From: a virus
Taxonomy: Duplodnaviria; Caudoviricetes
Virus record (IMG/VR): IMGVR_UViG_3300009095_000031
Location: 1-40,368 of that record
Direction: 5' to 3' (one strand)
Length of the DNA stretch: 40,368 nucleotides
Position numbers and translations under genes: made by a program. Of the stretch, positions 8,187 to 18,017 are shown in pieces. Below the pieces are notes generated by a model. The model made no database searches, was not told where the DNA came from, and worked only from the letters and a program-made list of their open reading frames with translations. Position 1 is the stretch's first letter, and every line of letters starts with the position of its first letter.

Positions 8187-10708
8187 ATATCCGCATCACC
8201 GCCGAGCTGGGCGAAATCCGCAAGGCTCTGGACGGCCTCAACGGAAACCTGACGCAGTTCAAGACGCAGGCCGAGAAAAGCACCCAGCGCATGGGTGCCG
8301 GCCTGCAGTTCGCCAAGCGCGCGGCCTTCCAGCTGGGCGTCGCCCTGGGCGCCGCCTTCAGCGTGCGCAGCCTGGCCGCGGCCGCCGACGAGGCCGCCGA
8401 GCTCAACGCGCGCCTGAAACTGGCGACCAAGACCACCGAGGAATTCAACAAGGCGCAGCGCGGGACGTTCGACATTGCGCAGCGCACGCGCACCAGCTGG
8501 AAGGCCACCGGCGAGCTGTACGCCCGCGTGGAGCGCAGCACGCGCGACCTGGCGCTGAATCAGGCCACCATCCTGCAGCTCACCGAAAGCATCAACCAGG
8601 CCGCGCAAATCTCTGGCGGCGGCCAGGGTGCCGAGGCGGCCCTGTTCCAGCTGTCGCAGGGCCTTGCGTCCGGGCAGCTGCGCGGCGAGGAGCTGAACAG
8701 CGTACTGGAACAGACCCCGCGCCTCGCGCAGGCCATCGCCGACGGCATGGACGTGCCGGTGGGCAAGCTGCGCGAGCTGGCGGCCGAGGGCAAGGTGACC
8801 AGCCAGGAGCTGCTGCGCGCGGTCCTGAAGCAGTCGGAAACCCTGCAAAAGGAATTCGACCAGCTCCCGACCACCATCAGCGGGGCCATGACCAAGATCC
8901 GCAACGCCTTCACCAAAATGGTGAGCGATGCGGACACCGCGAGCGGGGCCAGCCGCGAGCTGGTGAAGGTGCTCGAGGACCTGGCGGCGTTCCTGAACGA
9001 CCCGGCCACGGCCGAGGGCTTCGCGGTGCTGGCGACTGCGGTCGCGCGCCTCATCAAGCTGGCCGGCGAGGCCGCGGTAGAGTTCGCCGAGCTCGGCCGG
9101 ATGATCGGCTATTTCGCCGCGCGCGTGACGGGCAACACCTCGGCGCTGGACGACCTCGAGCAGGATATCAAGGACGTGGACCGGGCGCTGAAAAACAGCT
9201 TCCTGGGCAAGCCGACCAAGTACCTGTTCACCAGCGAGGCCGAGCTGAACCGCATCAAGGCGCAGCTGGTGGCCGAGCGCGACGCGCTGCTGGCCGCGCA
9301 GGGCGTGGCGGGCAATCCGGCGGCTTCCGATCCTATCGGCATCCCCACGGGCGGCGGTGGCGGCGGTGGCGGCAAGGGCAAGGCCAGCGCATTCCGCGGC
9401 GACCTCGAGCTGCTGCGCGACAGCGTGGAGCGGTCCCTGGCCGAGCTCGACCGCCTTTACGAGGGCCACAACACCAGCCTGGCCGACTACTTCGCCGAGA
9501 AACAGCGCCTGCAGCTGGCCGGCATTGACGCCGCCATTGAGCAGGCGCAGGCCGAGCTGCGCGTGGCGGACAGCGCCGAGGCCCAGGCCAAGGCCATGGT
9601 GGAAATCCAGAAGCTGCAGCGCGACCGGGCCGAGGTTGGGCCCGCCGTCGCGCGCGAGCAAGCGAAGGCCGAGGAGGAGCTGGCCGCGGCGCTGGGACAG
9701 GTCCATATCCGCATGCTCGAGCTGCAGGGCGACACCGTGGCGGCGCGCACGGCGGAAATCGAGGAGGAATTCGCGGGCCTCATCATGCGGCTGCAGCAGG
9801 CCGGCGACGAGGGCGGCGTGGCCATCGTGCGCAAGCTCATCAATGCCGAGGTGGCCAAGGCCGAGCTGACCAAGATCCGCGACGGCGTGCAATCGACCAT
9901 TGACGACCTGCGCGGCACCGAGGACCTGCTGGCCGCGCAGCAGGACGCCGGGCAGATCATGCCGCACGACGCCGAGCGCCAGCTGCAGGAGCTGCGCGAG
10001 CGGTCCATTGAGCAGCTGCAGCGATACCGCTCCGAGCTTGCGGCAATCCCCGAATCGATGCGCACGCCGGAAACCATCGCGGCTATCCAGCAGGTGGACA
10101 CCGAAATCGCGCGCGTCACGGCCAGCATGAACAAAATGCGGCAGCAGGTGGCTGACCAGGCCATCAACTCGCTGACCACGTTTTTCACCGACCTGGCCAG
10201 CGGTTCGAAGTCTGCCGGCGACGCGCTGCGCGACTTCGTGGTGGGCTTCATCCAGGGCATGGCGCAGATCGCCGCGCGCGCGCTGGCCACCTACCTGGTG
10301 CTGCAGATGCTGGACGCCATCTACCCGGGCCTGGGCAAGGCGACCGCGGCCACCATGGGCGTGGCCGTGAATCACAGCGGTGGTGTGGTGGGCGCAGGCG
10401 GGCCCATGCGGCAGGTCGACCCCATGCTGTTCGCCGGCGCGCCGCGATTCCACACCGGCGGCGTGGTGGGCCTGCGCCAGGACGAGGTGCCAGCAATCCT
10501 GCAGACCGGCGAGGAGGTCCTGAGCCGCGGCGACCCGCGTAACGTGATGAACGGCGGCGGCCGCACTGGCGCCGGCACCGGCACGCGGGTTATCAATGTC
10601 ATCGACCCGTCGATGGTGCAGGACTACATGGACAGCCCCAGCGGCGAGGAAACCGTGCTGAACATCATCGGACGCAACCCGGGGCGGGTGAAACAGGTGC
10701 TGGGATAA
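8168..10708 (+). CDS. Tape measure protein
   Basis: 846 aa helical, Ala-rich; QLSQGLASGQLRGEELNSVLEQTPRLAQAIA motif; C-terminal FHTGG..EVPAILQ.GEEVL. Confidence 0.93.
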   Translation: MADPRLNIRITAELGEIRKALDGLNGNLTQFKTQAEKSTQRMGAGLQFAKRAAFQLGVALGAAFSVRSLAAAADEAAELNARLKLATKTTEEFNKAQRGTFDIAQRTRTSWKATGELYARVERSTRDLALNQATILQLTESINQAAQISGGGQGAEAALFQLSQGLASGQLRGEELNSVLEQTPRLAQAIADGMDVPVGKLRELAAEGKVTSQELLRAVLKQSETLQKEFDQLPTTISGAMTKIRNAFTKMVSDADTASGASRELVKVLEDLAAFLNDPATAEGFAVLATAVARLIKLAGEAAVEFAELGRMIGYFAARVTGNTSALDDLEQDIKDVDRALKNSFLGKPTKYLFTSEAELNRIKAQLVAERDALLAAQGVAGNPAASDPIGIPTGGGGGGGGKGKASAFRGDLELLRDSVERSLAELDRLYEGHNTSLADYFAEKQRLQLAGIDAAIEQAQAELRVADSAEAQAKAMVEIQKLQRDRAEVGPAVAREQAKAEEELAAALGQVHIRMLELQGDTVAARTAEIEEEFAGLIMRLQQAGDEGGVAIVRKLINAEVAKAELTKIRDGVQSTIDDLRGTEDLLAAQQDAGQIMPHDAERQLQELRERSIEQLQRYRSELAAIPESMRTPETIAAIQQVDTEIARVTASMNKMRQQVADQAINSLTTFFTDLASGSKSAGDALRDFVVGFIQGMAQIAARALATYLVLQMLDAIYPGLGKATAATMGVAVNHSGGVVGAGGPMRQVDPMLFAGAPRFHTGGVVGLRQDEVPAILQTGEEVLSRGDPRNVMNGGGRTGAGTGTRVINVIDPSMVQDYMDSPSGEETVLNIIGRNPGRVKQVLG

Positions 10709-11904
10709 TGGCATTCGAAAGCGGCGTGCTGTCATGGGCGTGGCTGCCGGACTGGGCCAGCCCGGTGCTCGAGCGGCTGGAATGGAAAACCGACGTGCTG
10801 CCGCTGGCCGACGGGTCCGAGCAGCGCATCGACCTGCGCCTGGGCGCGCGGCGCAGCTATGAATTCAGCGTAGGTGTCGACGGCGTGGCCCGCCGCTACC
10901 TCGAGGCCGCGCTGTGGGACGCCGGCGCGAAGGTGTGGGCCCTGCCCCTGTGGCACGACACCCGGCACCTGGCCGCGCCGCTGCCCATCGGATCCGGCGC
11001 GGTCGCCGTCGACACCGCGCACGCAGAATTCACCGCCGGCACCTCGGCCGTGCTGCTGGGCGAAGATCCGCGGCGCTCCGAATCGGTCATGGTGGACGAC
11101 GTGACGCCCACGCACGTGCTGCTGGCCGGCGTCACCACCATGGCCTGGCCGGCCGGGACCCGCATTATTCCGACGCGCCCGGCGCGGCTGGAAGGAAGCC
11201 ACAAGGCCACCCGCTTCACCGGCGACGCGAACCGGCCCGCCAGGTTCCGCTTCGAATTCATGGACCCGTGGGACGGCACGCCCGAGGACGCGCTGCCGAC
11301 GCACCGCGGCGCGCCGGTGCTCGAGCTGCGCCCCGAGTGGGGTCGCGGCCTGAGCCTGGACCTGGCGCGCGAGCTCGAGCAGCTGGACGCCCTGGTGGGC
11401 AAGTGGGCCACCACCGACCGCACGGGCCTGCCGGTGGCCTCGCAGGCGATGGGCTGGACCTTCCCCGACCGGGCGAGCCTTTCGGCCTACCGGCGCCTGC
11501 TGGCGCTGCAGCGCGGCCGCCTGCGCGCGCTGTGGGTGCCGACGTGGACCCGCGACCTCGAGCTGCTGGCCAGCGTGAGCACCGCCAGCACCACCATGAC
11601 GGTGGCCTGGGCGGGCTACGCCCTGCACCTGAAGGGCGAGCCAGGACGCCGGGACATTCGCGTGGAGCTGCGCAGCGGCGCCGTGGCCTATGCGCGCATC
11701 ACCGACGCGGTGGAGGTGTCGACCGAGGCCGAGCAGCTGACCCTGGCCGCGCCGCTGGGCCTGAACGCCACTCCCGCGCAGGTGGCGGCCATCAGCTTCA
11801 TGGCCCTGTGCCGCCAGAACGCCGACGCGGCGGAAATTTCGCACTGGACCGGCGAGGCGTCGCTGGCCTCGGCCACCTACCGGAGCTTCCGCAATGACGT
11901 ATGA
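10708..11904 (+). CDS. Minor tail protein (distal tail-like)
   Basis: PDW...VLERLEWKTDV...EQR; directly after tape measure. Confidence 0.75.
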   Translation: MAFESGVLSWAWLPDWASPVLERLEWKTDVLPLADGSEQRIDLRLGARRSYEFSVGVDGVARRYLEAALWDAGAKVWALPLWHDTRHLAAPLPIGSGAVAVDTAHAEFTAGTSAVLLGEDPRRSESVMVDDVTPTHVLLAGVTTMAWPAGTRIIPTRPARLEGSHKATRFTGDANRPARFRFEFMDPWDGTPEDALPTHRGAPVLELRPEWGRGLSLDLARELEQLDALVGKWATTDRTGLPVASQAMGWTFPDRASLSAYRRLLALQRGRLRALWVPTWTRDLELLASVSTASTTMTVAWAGYALHLKGEPGRRDIRVELRSGAVAYARITDAVEVSTEAEQLTLAAPLGLNATPAQVAAISFMALCRQNADAAEISHWTGEASLASATYRSFRNDV

Positions 11905-12709
11905 CGCCCGCGAGCGAAGCCGCGAGGACGGGCGCCCGGTCGAGCTCTACACCTTCGCGCGCGGCACCACCGTGTGGCGCTTCACCAGCGCCGACCGCGA
12001 CCAGGTGGTGGGCGGCGACACCTACCTCGCGCACGTGATCCAGCGCAACAGCATCGAGCAGGGCAGCGAAATGAACCGCAGCGCGCTGAAGCTGACCGTG
12101 CCGCGGGACTTCCCCATCGCCGAGCTCTACCGCATCGCGCCGCCCGGCGACGTGGTGGCGGTCACCCTGCGGCGTTTTCACGCCGGCGACGGCGAGCTGG
12201 CCACGCTGTGGGTGGGACGCGTGGTCAACATCGCCTGGTCCGCCGATGCCAGCCAGGCGACCATCACGAACGAACCCATCTACACCAGCCTGCGCCGAAA
12301 CGGCCTGCGCCGCATCTACGGCCGCATGTGCCCGCACGTGCTCTACGGGCCGGCCTGCCGCGCCAGCCCCGCAGCCTTCGGCGTGGCCGGGACTGTGACT
12401 ACCCTCGGGCCGGCATCGGCGACCGCGGCCGAGTGGGGCGCCCTGCCCATCGGGCATTTCGACGGCGGCTACCTCGAGTGGCCCGAGGGTGGAGGCATCG
12501 AGCGCCGATTCATCGTCGCGCACACCGGTGGCACGCTCACGCTCGACCGCCGCGCGCCCGGCCTGGCAGCGGGCGCAGTAGCGACCGCATTCCCGGGCTG
12601 CGAACATACCCTGGCGGTGTGCCACGACAAGTTCGCCAACTCCAACAACTACGGCGGCCAGCCCTTCATCCCGCAAAAAAACCCGTTCGGTGGCGACCCC
12701 ATCTACTGA
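11894..12709 (+). CDS. Tail hub protein, DUF2163/BR0599 family
   Basis: PVELYTF, CPHVLYGPAC, PGCEHTLAVCHDKFAN..NYGGQPFIP Cys motifs. Confidence 0.88.
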   Translation: MTYDARERSREDGRPVELYTFARGTTVWRFTSADRDQVVGGDTYLAHVIQRNSIEQGSEMNRSALKLTVPRDFPIAELYRIAPPGDVVAVTLRRFHAGDGELATLWVGRVVNIAWSADASQATITNEPIYTSLRRNGLRRIYGRMCPHVLYGPACRASPAAFGVAGTVTTLGPASATAAEWGALPIGHFDGGYLEWPEGGGIERRFIVAHTGGTLTLDRRAPGLAAGAVATAFPGCEHTLAVCHDKFANSNNYGGQPFIPQKNPFGGDPIY

Positions 12710-12711
12710 CC

Positions 12712-13110
12712 ATGGCCAAGCACTCGATCATTTCCCGCCACCTCGCCGCGCTGCGTTCCGGCGACGTTCCGCTGCTGACCCGGCGCGACGCGATCCTGGC
12801 CGCCGTAATCATCGTGGCCGGCATGGCGCTGGACCAGGTGCTGCCGCCCATCGAGCTGCCGCCGGGAACGCAGGTCGCTTTTTGGCAATACATCATCGTG
12901 CTAGTTATTTCCGCCCTGGTGTCCTACGCGCTGGCGCCGAAACCAACACAGCCACCGAAGCCGAGCCTCGAGGACTTCGATTTTCCAACCGCCGAGGAGG
13001 GCCGCCCCATCCCGGTGGTGTTCGGCACCGCGTGGATTAGCGGACCGAACATTCTTTGGTACGGGGACCTGGACACCACGGCCATTCGCGTGAAGGGAGG
13101 GAAAAAGTGA
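12712..13110 (+). CDS. Tail assembly protein
   Basis: ATG 12712; PTAEEGRPIPVVFGT.WI.GPN.LWYGD motif. Confidence 0.75.
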   Translation: MAKHSIISRHLAALRSGDVPLLTRRDAILAAVIIVAGMALDQVLPPIELPPGTQVAFWQYIIVLVISALVSYALAPKPTQPPKPSLEDFDFPTAEEGRPIPVVFGTAWISGPNILWYGDLDTTAIRVKGGKK

Positions 13111-13319
13111 CCGGGGACGCCATCGTGACCATGCGTCACATCAGGCAGGCGCGGCTGTGCGCGGCCGGGTCGCGGGACTTTTTCGCGCGCTACGGCCTGG
13201 ACTGGGCCGACTTCCTGCGCCACGGCATCCCGGCCGACAAGCTGGAAGCGACCGGCGACGCCATGGCCGCCGGCGTTGTCGCGGCCGCGCGCGAGGAGGC
13301 GGCACGTGGGCGGAAGTAA
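13107..13319 (+). CDS. Small virion/tail assembly protein (70 aa)
   Basis: GTGA overlap; C..GSRDFF.RYGLDWADFLRHGI motif. Confidence 0.75.
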   Translation: MTGDAIVTMRHIRQARLCAAGSRDFFARYGLDWADFLRHGIPADKLEATGDAMAAGVVAAAREEAARGRK

Positions 13320-16077
13320 AAAGCAGACCGTCGGCTATCGCTATTTCATGGGCCTGCACTTCGGCCTGTGCCACGGCCCCGTCGACGCGCTGCTGGAAAT
13401 CCGCGGCGGCGACCGCGTGGCCTGGGACGGCAGCATGCAGCCGACCCTGCGGAAGATAGTCAAGGTGCCCTCGGGCGACCCCATGCCGCCGCCAGAAGTA
13501 ATCGAGTTCATCCCGGCGACCGGCCCCATCACCGAGTCCGGCCGCATCACCATCCACGCGCCCAACCTGTGGGGCGGCGAGAAAAAGGAGGGCGGCATTG
13601 TCGGCGACCTCGACGTGATGATGGGCGAGGCCGACCAGCAGCCAAACGATTACCTGGTGGAGCAGCTGGGCACGCCCATGCCGGCCTTCCGCGGCATGCT
13701 GTCCCTGGTGTTCCGCAAGGGCCTGGTGGGGGCGATGAACCCCTACCCGAAGCCGTGGAAGTTCAAGGTGCAGCGCCTGCTGAAGGGCTGGCACGACGAT
13801 GCGCCCTGGTATCCGGCAAAGGCCGGCGTCATCGTCTACGGCTCGGTGGTGGTGGAGCGCGACGATTCGGCCTGGGAATATCAGGTCATTCCCTACCACG
13901 CGGACCCCGGAAACAGCCAGCTGACGCCGCCGGAAATCGGGTGGCAGCCTGGGCGTTCGCCGTTTTGGAGCACCGGGTGGCGGCCGGACGGGTACCCGGC
14001 GGGCAACACCATTTGGCCCGCTGGCACGATCCTGTGGGCGCGGCGAACCTTCACCATTCCACCAGGCTCGCGCGCGCGCCTCGACCTCTACGCGGAAAAC
14101 GGGTGTGTGGCCTTCAAGGATGGCGCCGAGCTGGTGGCCATCAACCGCGAGAACACCCAGGTGGAAGATGGCGCCGGGTCCAGCCCTCTCATGACGGCAG
14201 GGACCTACAACATCACCGTGAAGGCCTTTGACGAGCAGCCGCCCCAAGGCACCACCTACCTGAGCGCATCGGTGGTGGTGCCTTCCATCCTGGCCATGAA
14301 TCCCGCGCACATCGTCTACGAGGCCCTGACAAATCCCGACTGGGGGCTGGGCTACCCCGAGGCGACGATTGACCTTGGGAGCTTCACGGCAGCTGCTGAC
14401 ACCTTCCACTCCGAGGGGCTGGGCCTGTGTGGCCAGTGGACGCGACAGGACACCGTGGAGGGCTTCATTCAGGACGTAATGAATCACGCCGGCGCCGTGC
14501 TTGCCCAGGACCCGCGAACCGCACTGTTCCGAATTCTCCCCATCCGCGGCGGATATGTCGTTTCCGAGCTCGCAGAATTCAGGCGGGGTCTGAACGTGCT
14601 CGAGGTCCAGAGTTTTGAGCGGGCCTCGGTGACCGAAGCCACGAACGAGGTCACGGTGGAATACACCGACGTGACCTCGGGGAATAAGGGCTCGGTCACG
14701 GTGCAGCACCTGGCAAACATACAGGCGCAAGGCGGCGTTGCCTCGCAAACCGTGCGCTATCCGCTGATCCCCACATCGGGGCTTGCGCAGCGCATCGCGT
14801 TGCGCGACCTGAACGCGAAGGCCCAGCCCATTTGCAAGGTGAAGCTCATGGTGGACCGCTCGGCCTACGGCATGATCCCGGGCGAAGTGGTGCGCTGGAC
14901 AGACAGCAAGCTGGGCATTGTGGATATGCCCATGCGGGTGCTCGAGGTCGACTACGGGACCATCACGGCCGGAGCCATTCGTCTTAGCCTGGCCGAGGAC
15001 GTGTTTGGCATGCCGGCCACCACCTACATGGGGCAGCAGCCCCCGGGCTGGGAGGAGCCGCCGACGGATCCGAAGCCATCGCCGGCAGCGGCGACGTTCG
15101 AAACGCCCTACGTGTCCATCCACCGCGTCGAGGGCGCGAGCGCGGCGGCGGCGCTTGCGCCGGGTTCTGGCTTCCTCGCCATGGTCGCGGCGAAGGCCCC
15201 TGGGCTCAACTATGGATTCACGCTCTACACCGCGACGGAAGGGACAGGATACGAGCAGACCGGATCCGGTGAATGGGCCGCCAGTGGAATCCTGTCCGAG
15301 GCGATTGGACCCGAGGACGCGGCGCTGGAAGTGGGAGGAGGATACAAGCTCGACGCGCTCGAGCCAGGCGACCTTGCCATGCTTGGCGACGGACCCGAGG
15401 CCGAGCTGGTGCGCATCGACGCCACCGCGCCCGAGGACGGCGTGCTGGCTGTCGGTCGAGGCGTCGGCGACACCGTTCCGCGAGCCTGGCCCGTTGGCAC
15501 CCGGCTGTGGGGGATCGAGGACGGCGGCGCTGTGGGCGCGACCGAATACACCGAGGGCGAAACAGTATTCGCCAAGGCCGCCACCGTGGGCGCAGGCGGG
15601 GAAATGCTCTCTTTGGACCCCGCGCCGGGCGGTACCGTTGAAATGGCCGCCCGCGCCTCCAGGCCCTACCCGCCAGGCGCAATGCGCATCAATGGTGAGG
15701 CGTGGCCGTCCGCGGCAGACGGTGAAATCGCCGTCACCTGGGCGCACCGCGACCGGCTGCTGCAGGCCGACCAGCTGGTGGACCAGGAGGCCGCGAGCAT
15801 CGGCCCCGAACCCGGCACCACGTACACGATGCGCACCTACCTGGGCGGCATTCTCATCGACACGCAGGCCGACATTTCCGGCGCCAGCGCGACGGTGACG
15901 CCCGCGGGCAATGGGCTGCTGCGCGTGGAGCTCGAGGCCGTCCGCGACGGCCTTCCAAGCTGGCAGAAGCACGTGCGCGAATTCGACTACACCGCAGGCC
16001 CGACGAATGACCGCGTGACCGTTGGCGGCGACCGCCGCTTGACCGTTGGCGGCGCCGGCCGCATCACACTGGGATAA
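13306..16077 (+). CDS. Tail tip / central tail fibre protein
   Basis: Start re-called at GTG 13306 (GAGGAGG SD); GGSKKQTVGYRYFMGLH, GGEKKEGG, MNPAHIVYEALT, RPYPPG. Confidence 0.88.
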   Translation: MGGSKKQTVGYRYFMGLHFGLCHGPVDALLEIRGGDRVAWDGSMQPTLRKIVKVPSGDPMPPPEVIEFIPATGPITESGRITIHAPNLWGGEKKEGGIVGDLDVMMGEADQQPNDYLVEQLGTPMPAFRGMLSLVFRKGLVGAMNPYPKPWKFKVQRLLKGWHDDAPWYPAKAGVIVYGSVVVERDDSAWEYQVIPYHADPGNSQLTPPEIGWQPGRSPFWSTGWRPDGYPAGNTIWPAGTILWARRTFTIPPGSRARLDLYAENGCVAFKDGAELVAINRENTQVEDGAGSSPLMTAGTYNITVKAFDEQPPQGTTYLSASVVVPSILAMNPAHIVYEALTNPDWGLGYPEATIDLGSFTAAADTFHSEGLGLCGQWTRQDTVEGFIQDVMNHAGAVLAQDPRTALFRILPIRGGYVVSELAEFRRGLNVLEVQSFERASVTEATNEVTVEYTDVTSGNKGSVTVQHLANIQAQGGVASQTVRYPLIPTSGLAQRIALRDLNAKAQPICKVKLMVDRSAYGMIPGEVVRWTDSKLGIVDMPMRVLEVDYGTITAGAIRLSLAEDVFGMPATTYMGQQPPGWEEPPTDPKPSPAAATFETPYVSIHRVEGASAAAALAPGSGFLAMVAAKAPGLNYGFTLYTATEGTGYEQTGSGEWAASGILSEAIGPEDAALEVGGGYKLDALEPGDLAMLGDGPEAELVRIDATAPEDGVLAVGRGVGDTVPRAWPVGTRLWGIEDGGAVGATEYTEGETVFAKAATVGAGGEMLSLDPAPGGTVEMAARASRPYPPGAMRINGEAWPSAADGEIAVTWAHRDRLLQADQLVDQEAASIGPEPGTTYTMRTYLGGILIDTQADISGASATVTPAGNGLLRVELEAVRDGLPSWQKHVREFDYTAGPTNDRVTVGGDRRLTVGGAGRITLG

Positions 16078-16081
16078 GACC

Positions 16082-16534
16082 ATGGCAGACGTTCTAATTT
16101 CCGCACTGACGCAAGCCGCCACGCTGGCGGACGGCGACAAGATCGAGCTCGAGCAGGGCGAGGCCCCGGCCAACAGCAGCCGGCACGCCACGCTCGCGCA
16201 GCTGCGCGCCTATGCGAACCGCTCGCCAGAAAACGTGCAGGCTGGCACCGCCTACACGCTGGTGCTGGCTGACGCCTTCAAGCTGGTGGCCATGAACAAC
16301 GCCGCGGCCAACGCGCTGACGGTCCCGCCCAACAGCGCGGTGGCGTTCCCGGTCGGGACGCGCGTCGACCTGTCGCAGGACGGTGTGGGCCAGACCACCA
16401 TCGCCGCAGGGGCTGGCGTCACCATCCGAACGCCCGAAACGCTGAAGGTCCGAAAGCGGTACGGGAAGGCGACGCTCATCAAGCGCGCGACCGATACCTG
16501 GGACATCGAAGGCAACCTCGAGGCGGCGCCGTGA
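16082..16534 (+). CDS. Tail fibre/adaptor protein
   Basis: YTLVLADA...LTVPPNSAVAFPVGT...Q.G.GQTTI...W...GNL motif typical of fibre C-termini. Confidence 0.75.
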   Translation: MADVLISALTQAATLADGDKIELEQGEAPANSSRHATLAQLRAYANRSPENVQAGTAYTLVLADAFKLVAMNNAAANALTVPPNSAVAFPVGTRVDLSQDGVGQTTIAAGAGVTIRTPETLKVRKRYGKATLIKRATDTWDIEGNLEAAP

Positions 16535-17196
16535 TTCCGCTCGGCATCGTCGCTGCCGCTGCGCGCCGGGCATCGCCAGGGACGCAGCAGACCCTCCTGA
16601 GCGCGGTCAACATCGGCACCAACGTGGCCGTGACCATGGGCGGCACCGCGGCCGAAGGTCGCGCGACCGGCGGCACTTCCGGCGTAGCAATTTCAGTGGC
16701 TGGAAAGACCGCGGGCAAGTTCTACGCCGAGGTGCATTGCACGGAACAATACACCGGAAGCCAGGCGCTCGCGGCAGGACTTCATCGCGGCACGGCAGGC
16801 CTCAACACCTACCTGGGCGGCGATGCCAACGGCTGGGCAACGTGGAACGATGGCGGCGGCGCCCTTGAACGCTCCACCTACCACAACGCCGTGCGCGGCA
16901 ACATCGTGGCCGCGGGCGCGACCGCGCTCGGGCAGCGATGCCGCATCGCCGTGGACCTCGACAACGGCCGGGTGTGGCTGGCCTATTTCGGCGCCACGGG
17001 ATGGGTGGGCGGTGGCGATCCTGCCGCGGGCACGTCGCCCACGTTCACCTTCACCCCTGGCGGGGCAAGCTACCACCTCGCACTGAATCCGCGCGGTGGC
17101 CAAGCCAGCGGCGTATCCGTCACCCGCCTGGTGCTGGTGTCCCCTGACGCGTGGGAGAATGCGCCGCCGGCAGGGTTCGGGGTCTGGCTGGGATAG
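16531..17196 (+). CDS. Putative receptor-binding protein, SPRY/ConA-like beta-sandwich
   Basis: KTAGKFYAEV, IAVDLDNGRVW, PPAGF motifs; last tail gene. Confidence 0.65.
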   Translation: MIPLGIVAAAARRASPGTQQTLLSAVNIGTNVAVTMGGTAAEGRATGGTSGVAISVAGKTAGKFYAEVHCTEQYTGSQALAAGLHRGTAGLNTYLGGDANGWATWNDGGGALERSTYHNAVRGNIVAAGATALGQRCRIAVDLDNGRVWLAYFGATGWVGGGDPAAGTSPTFTFTPGGASYHLALNPRGGQASGVSVTRLVLVSPDAWENAPPAGFGVWLG

Positions 17197-17317
17197 ACAC
17201 GCACCTGCGCGCCGACGACCTGGCGGTGAAGCTGGGGGGCGGGGCCGGCGGTGGCTACGCTGCCGCCTCGGCGCGCAGCGCGCGGCCATGGCCTGGTGAG
17301 TTTCCCACGTCGGAGCA

Positions 17318-17346
17318 TTGACGGCCGGCAGGCGGCCGGCTAAGGT
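17318..17346 (+). promoter_or_regulatory. Sigma70-like promoter TTGACG-N17-TAAGGT
   Basis: Near-consensus hexamers with 17-nt spacing; no + strand gene follows. Confidence 0.6.
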
Positions 17347-17352
17347 CGGGGC

Positions 17353-17417
17353 GTCACCTACTCCCCTAGGCGGCGCCCCTGAAGGCCCCGGACTCCCCGC
17401 CGGGGCCTTCGCTTTTT
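17353..17417 (+). ncRNA. Candidate ~65-nt small RNA with two hairpins, each displaying ACUCCCC
   Basis: Promoter immediately upstream, two stem-loops, terminal U-tract. Confidence 0.45.
17381..17417 (+). terminator. Rho-independent terminator
   Basis: GAAGGCCCCGG/CCGGGGCCTTC 11-bp stem then GCTTTTT; at the convergence of tail and early-left operons. Confidence 0.8.
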
Positions 17418-17602
17418 CAGCGCGCGGTGCGCTCGCGGTGCGCCAGCCAGGCGTCGACGGTCGCCCGGCGCCAAGCCAGCCGGCGGCCCATCGGAAACGG
17501 CTGTGGAAGCGCCCCCCTGCGGCGGTAGACGTGGCCGCGCACGGCGGCCTCGGTGAGCCCGAGCTTTCGGGCGAGGCCGGGAACGCAGAGAACGGCGGTC
17601 AT
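17417..17602 (-). CDS. AlpA/excisionase-like HTH protein
   Basis: LARKLGLTEAAVRGHV...LPQPFPMGRRLAWRRATVDAWL. Confidence 0.8.
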   Translation of the reverse strand: MTAVLCVPGLARKLGLTEAAVRGHVYRRRGALPQPFPMGRRLAWRRATVDAWLAHRERTAR

Positions 17603-17708
17603 AGCAATGCGCCTCCCTGCGCAGGTAGTGCCGGCATGCCGCCGGCGTGCTCACCACTACCCAGGTGACGGGGCCCAGCCGCGGCCCTGTAGGAGGCCGT
17701 AGCCGCGG

Positions 17709-18017
17709 CTATTCCTTGCGGCTGCGCCGGCGCCAGTCGCGCCAGGCGGCCACGTCATCGAACCCGTCGGCCTTCGCCCACGTGCGCAGCGTGCGCATGC
17801 GCCTGGCGATGCCGCGCAGGTAGTCCTCGGCCACGGCCCGGTGCTCGGCGGGCACGCGCTCGAGGCCTGCCGGCCATTCGCGCGGATCCGTCCAGCGGTG
17901 CAGCTCGAGGCCCCAGCCCAGCCCATCCTTGGGCGCGTCCCGGAACGCGGCGCCGGCGACCGAGGCGGCGAACAGCTCGCCACCGGCCTCGGCCTTCGGT
18001 GTGCGCTTCCTGGCCAT
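17709..18017 (-). CDS. Hypothetical protein (102 aa)
   Basis: ATG 18017 overlaps upstream stop (TGATG). Confidence 0.6.
   Translation of the reverse strand: MARKRTPKAEAGGELFAASVAGAAFRDAPKDGLGWGLELHRWTDPREWPAGLERVPAEHRAVAEDYLRGIARRMRTLRTWAKADGFDDVAAWRDWRRRSRKE

Noticed and set aside
9349-9380. GGC-repeat poly-Gly tract in the tape measure gene as a phase-variable repeat
   Set aside because: Imperfect in-frame triplet linker, common in tape measure proteins
8183-10735. 850-aa antisense ORF opposite the tape measure gene
   Set aside because: Mirror-frame ORF expected from high GC3 codon bias; no motifs
13141-16191. 1016-aa antisense ORF opposite the tail tip gene
   Set aside because: Same shadow-ORF artefact; no protein-like features
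16082-17196. Diversity-generating retroelement or invertible tail-fibre system
   Set aside because: No reverse transcriptase, invertase or template/variable repeat pair seen
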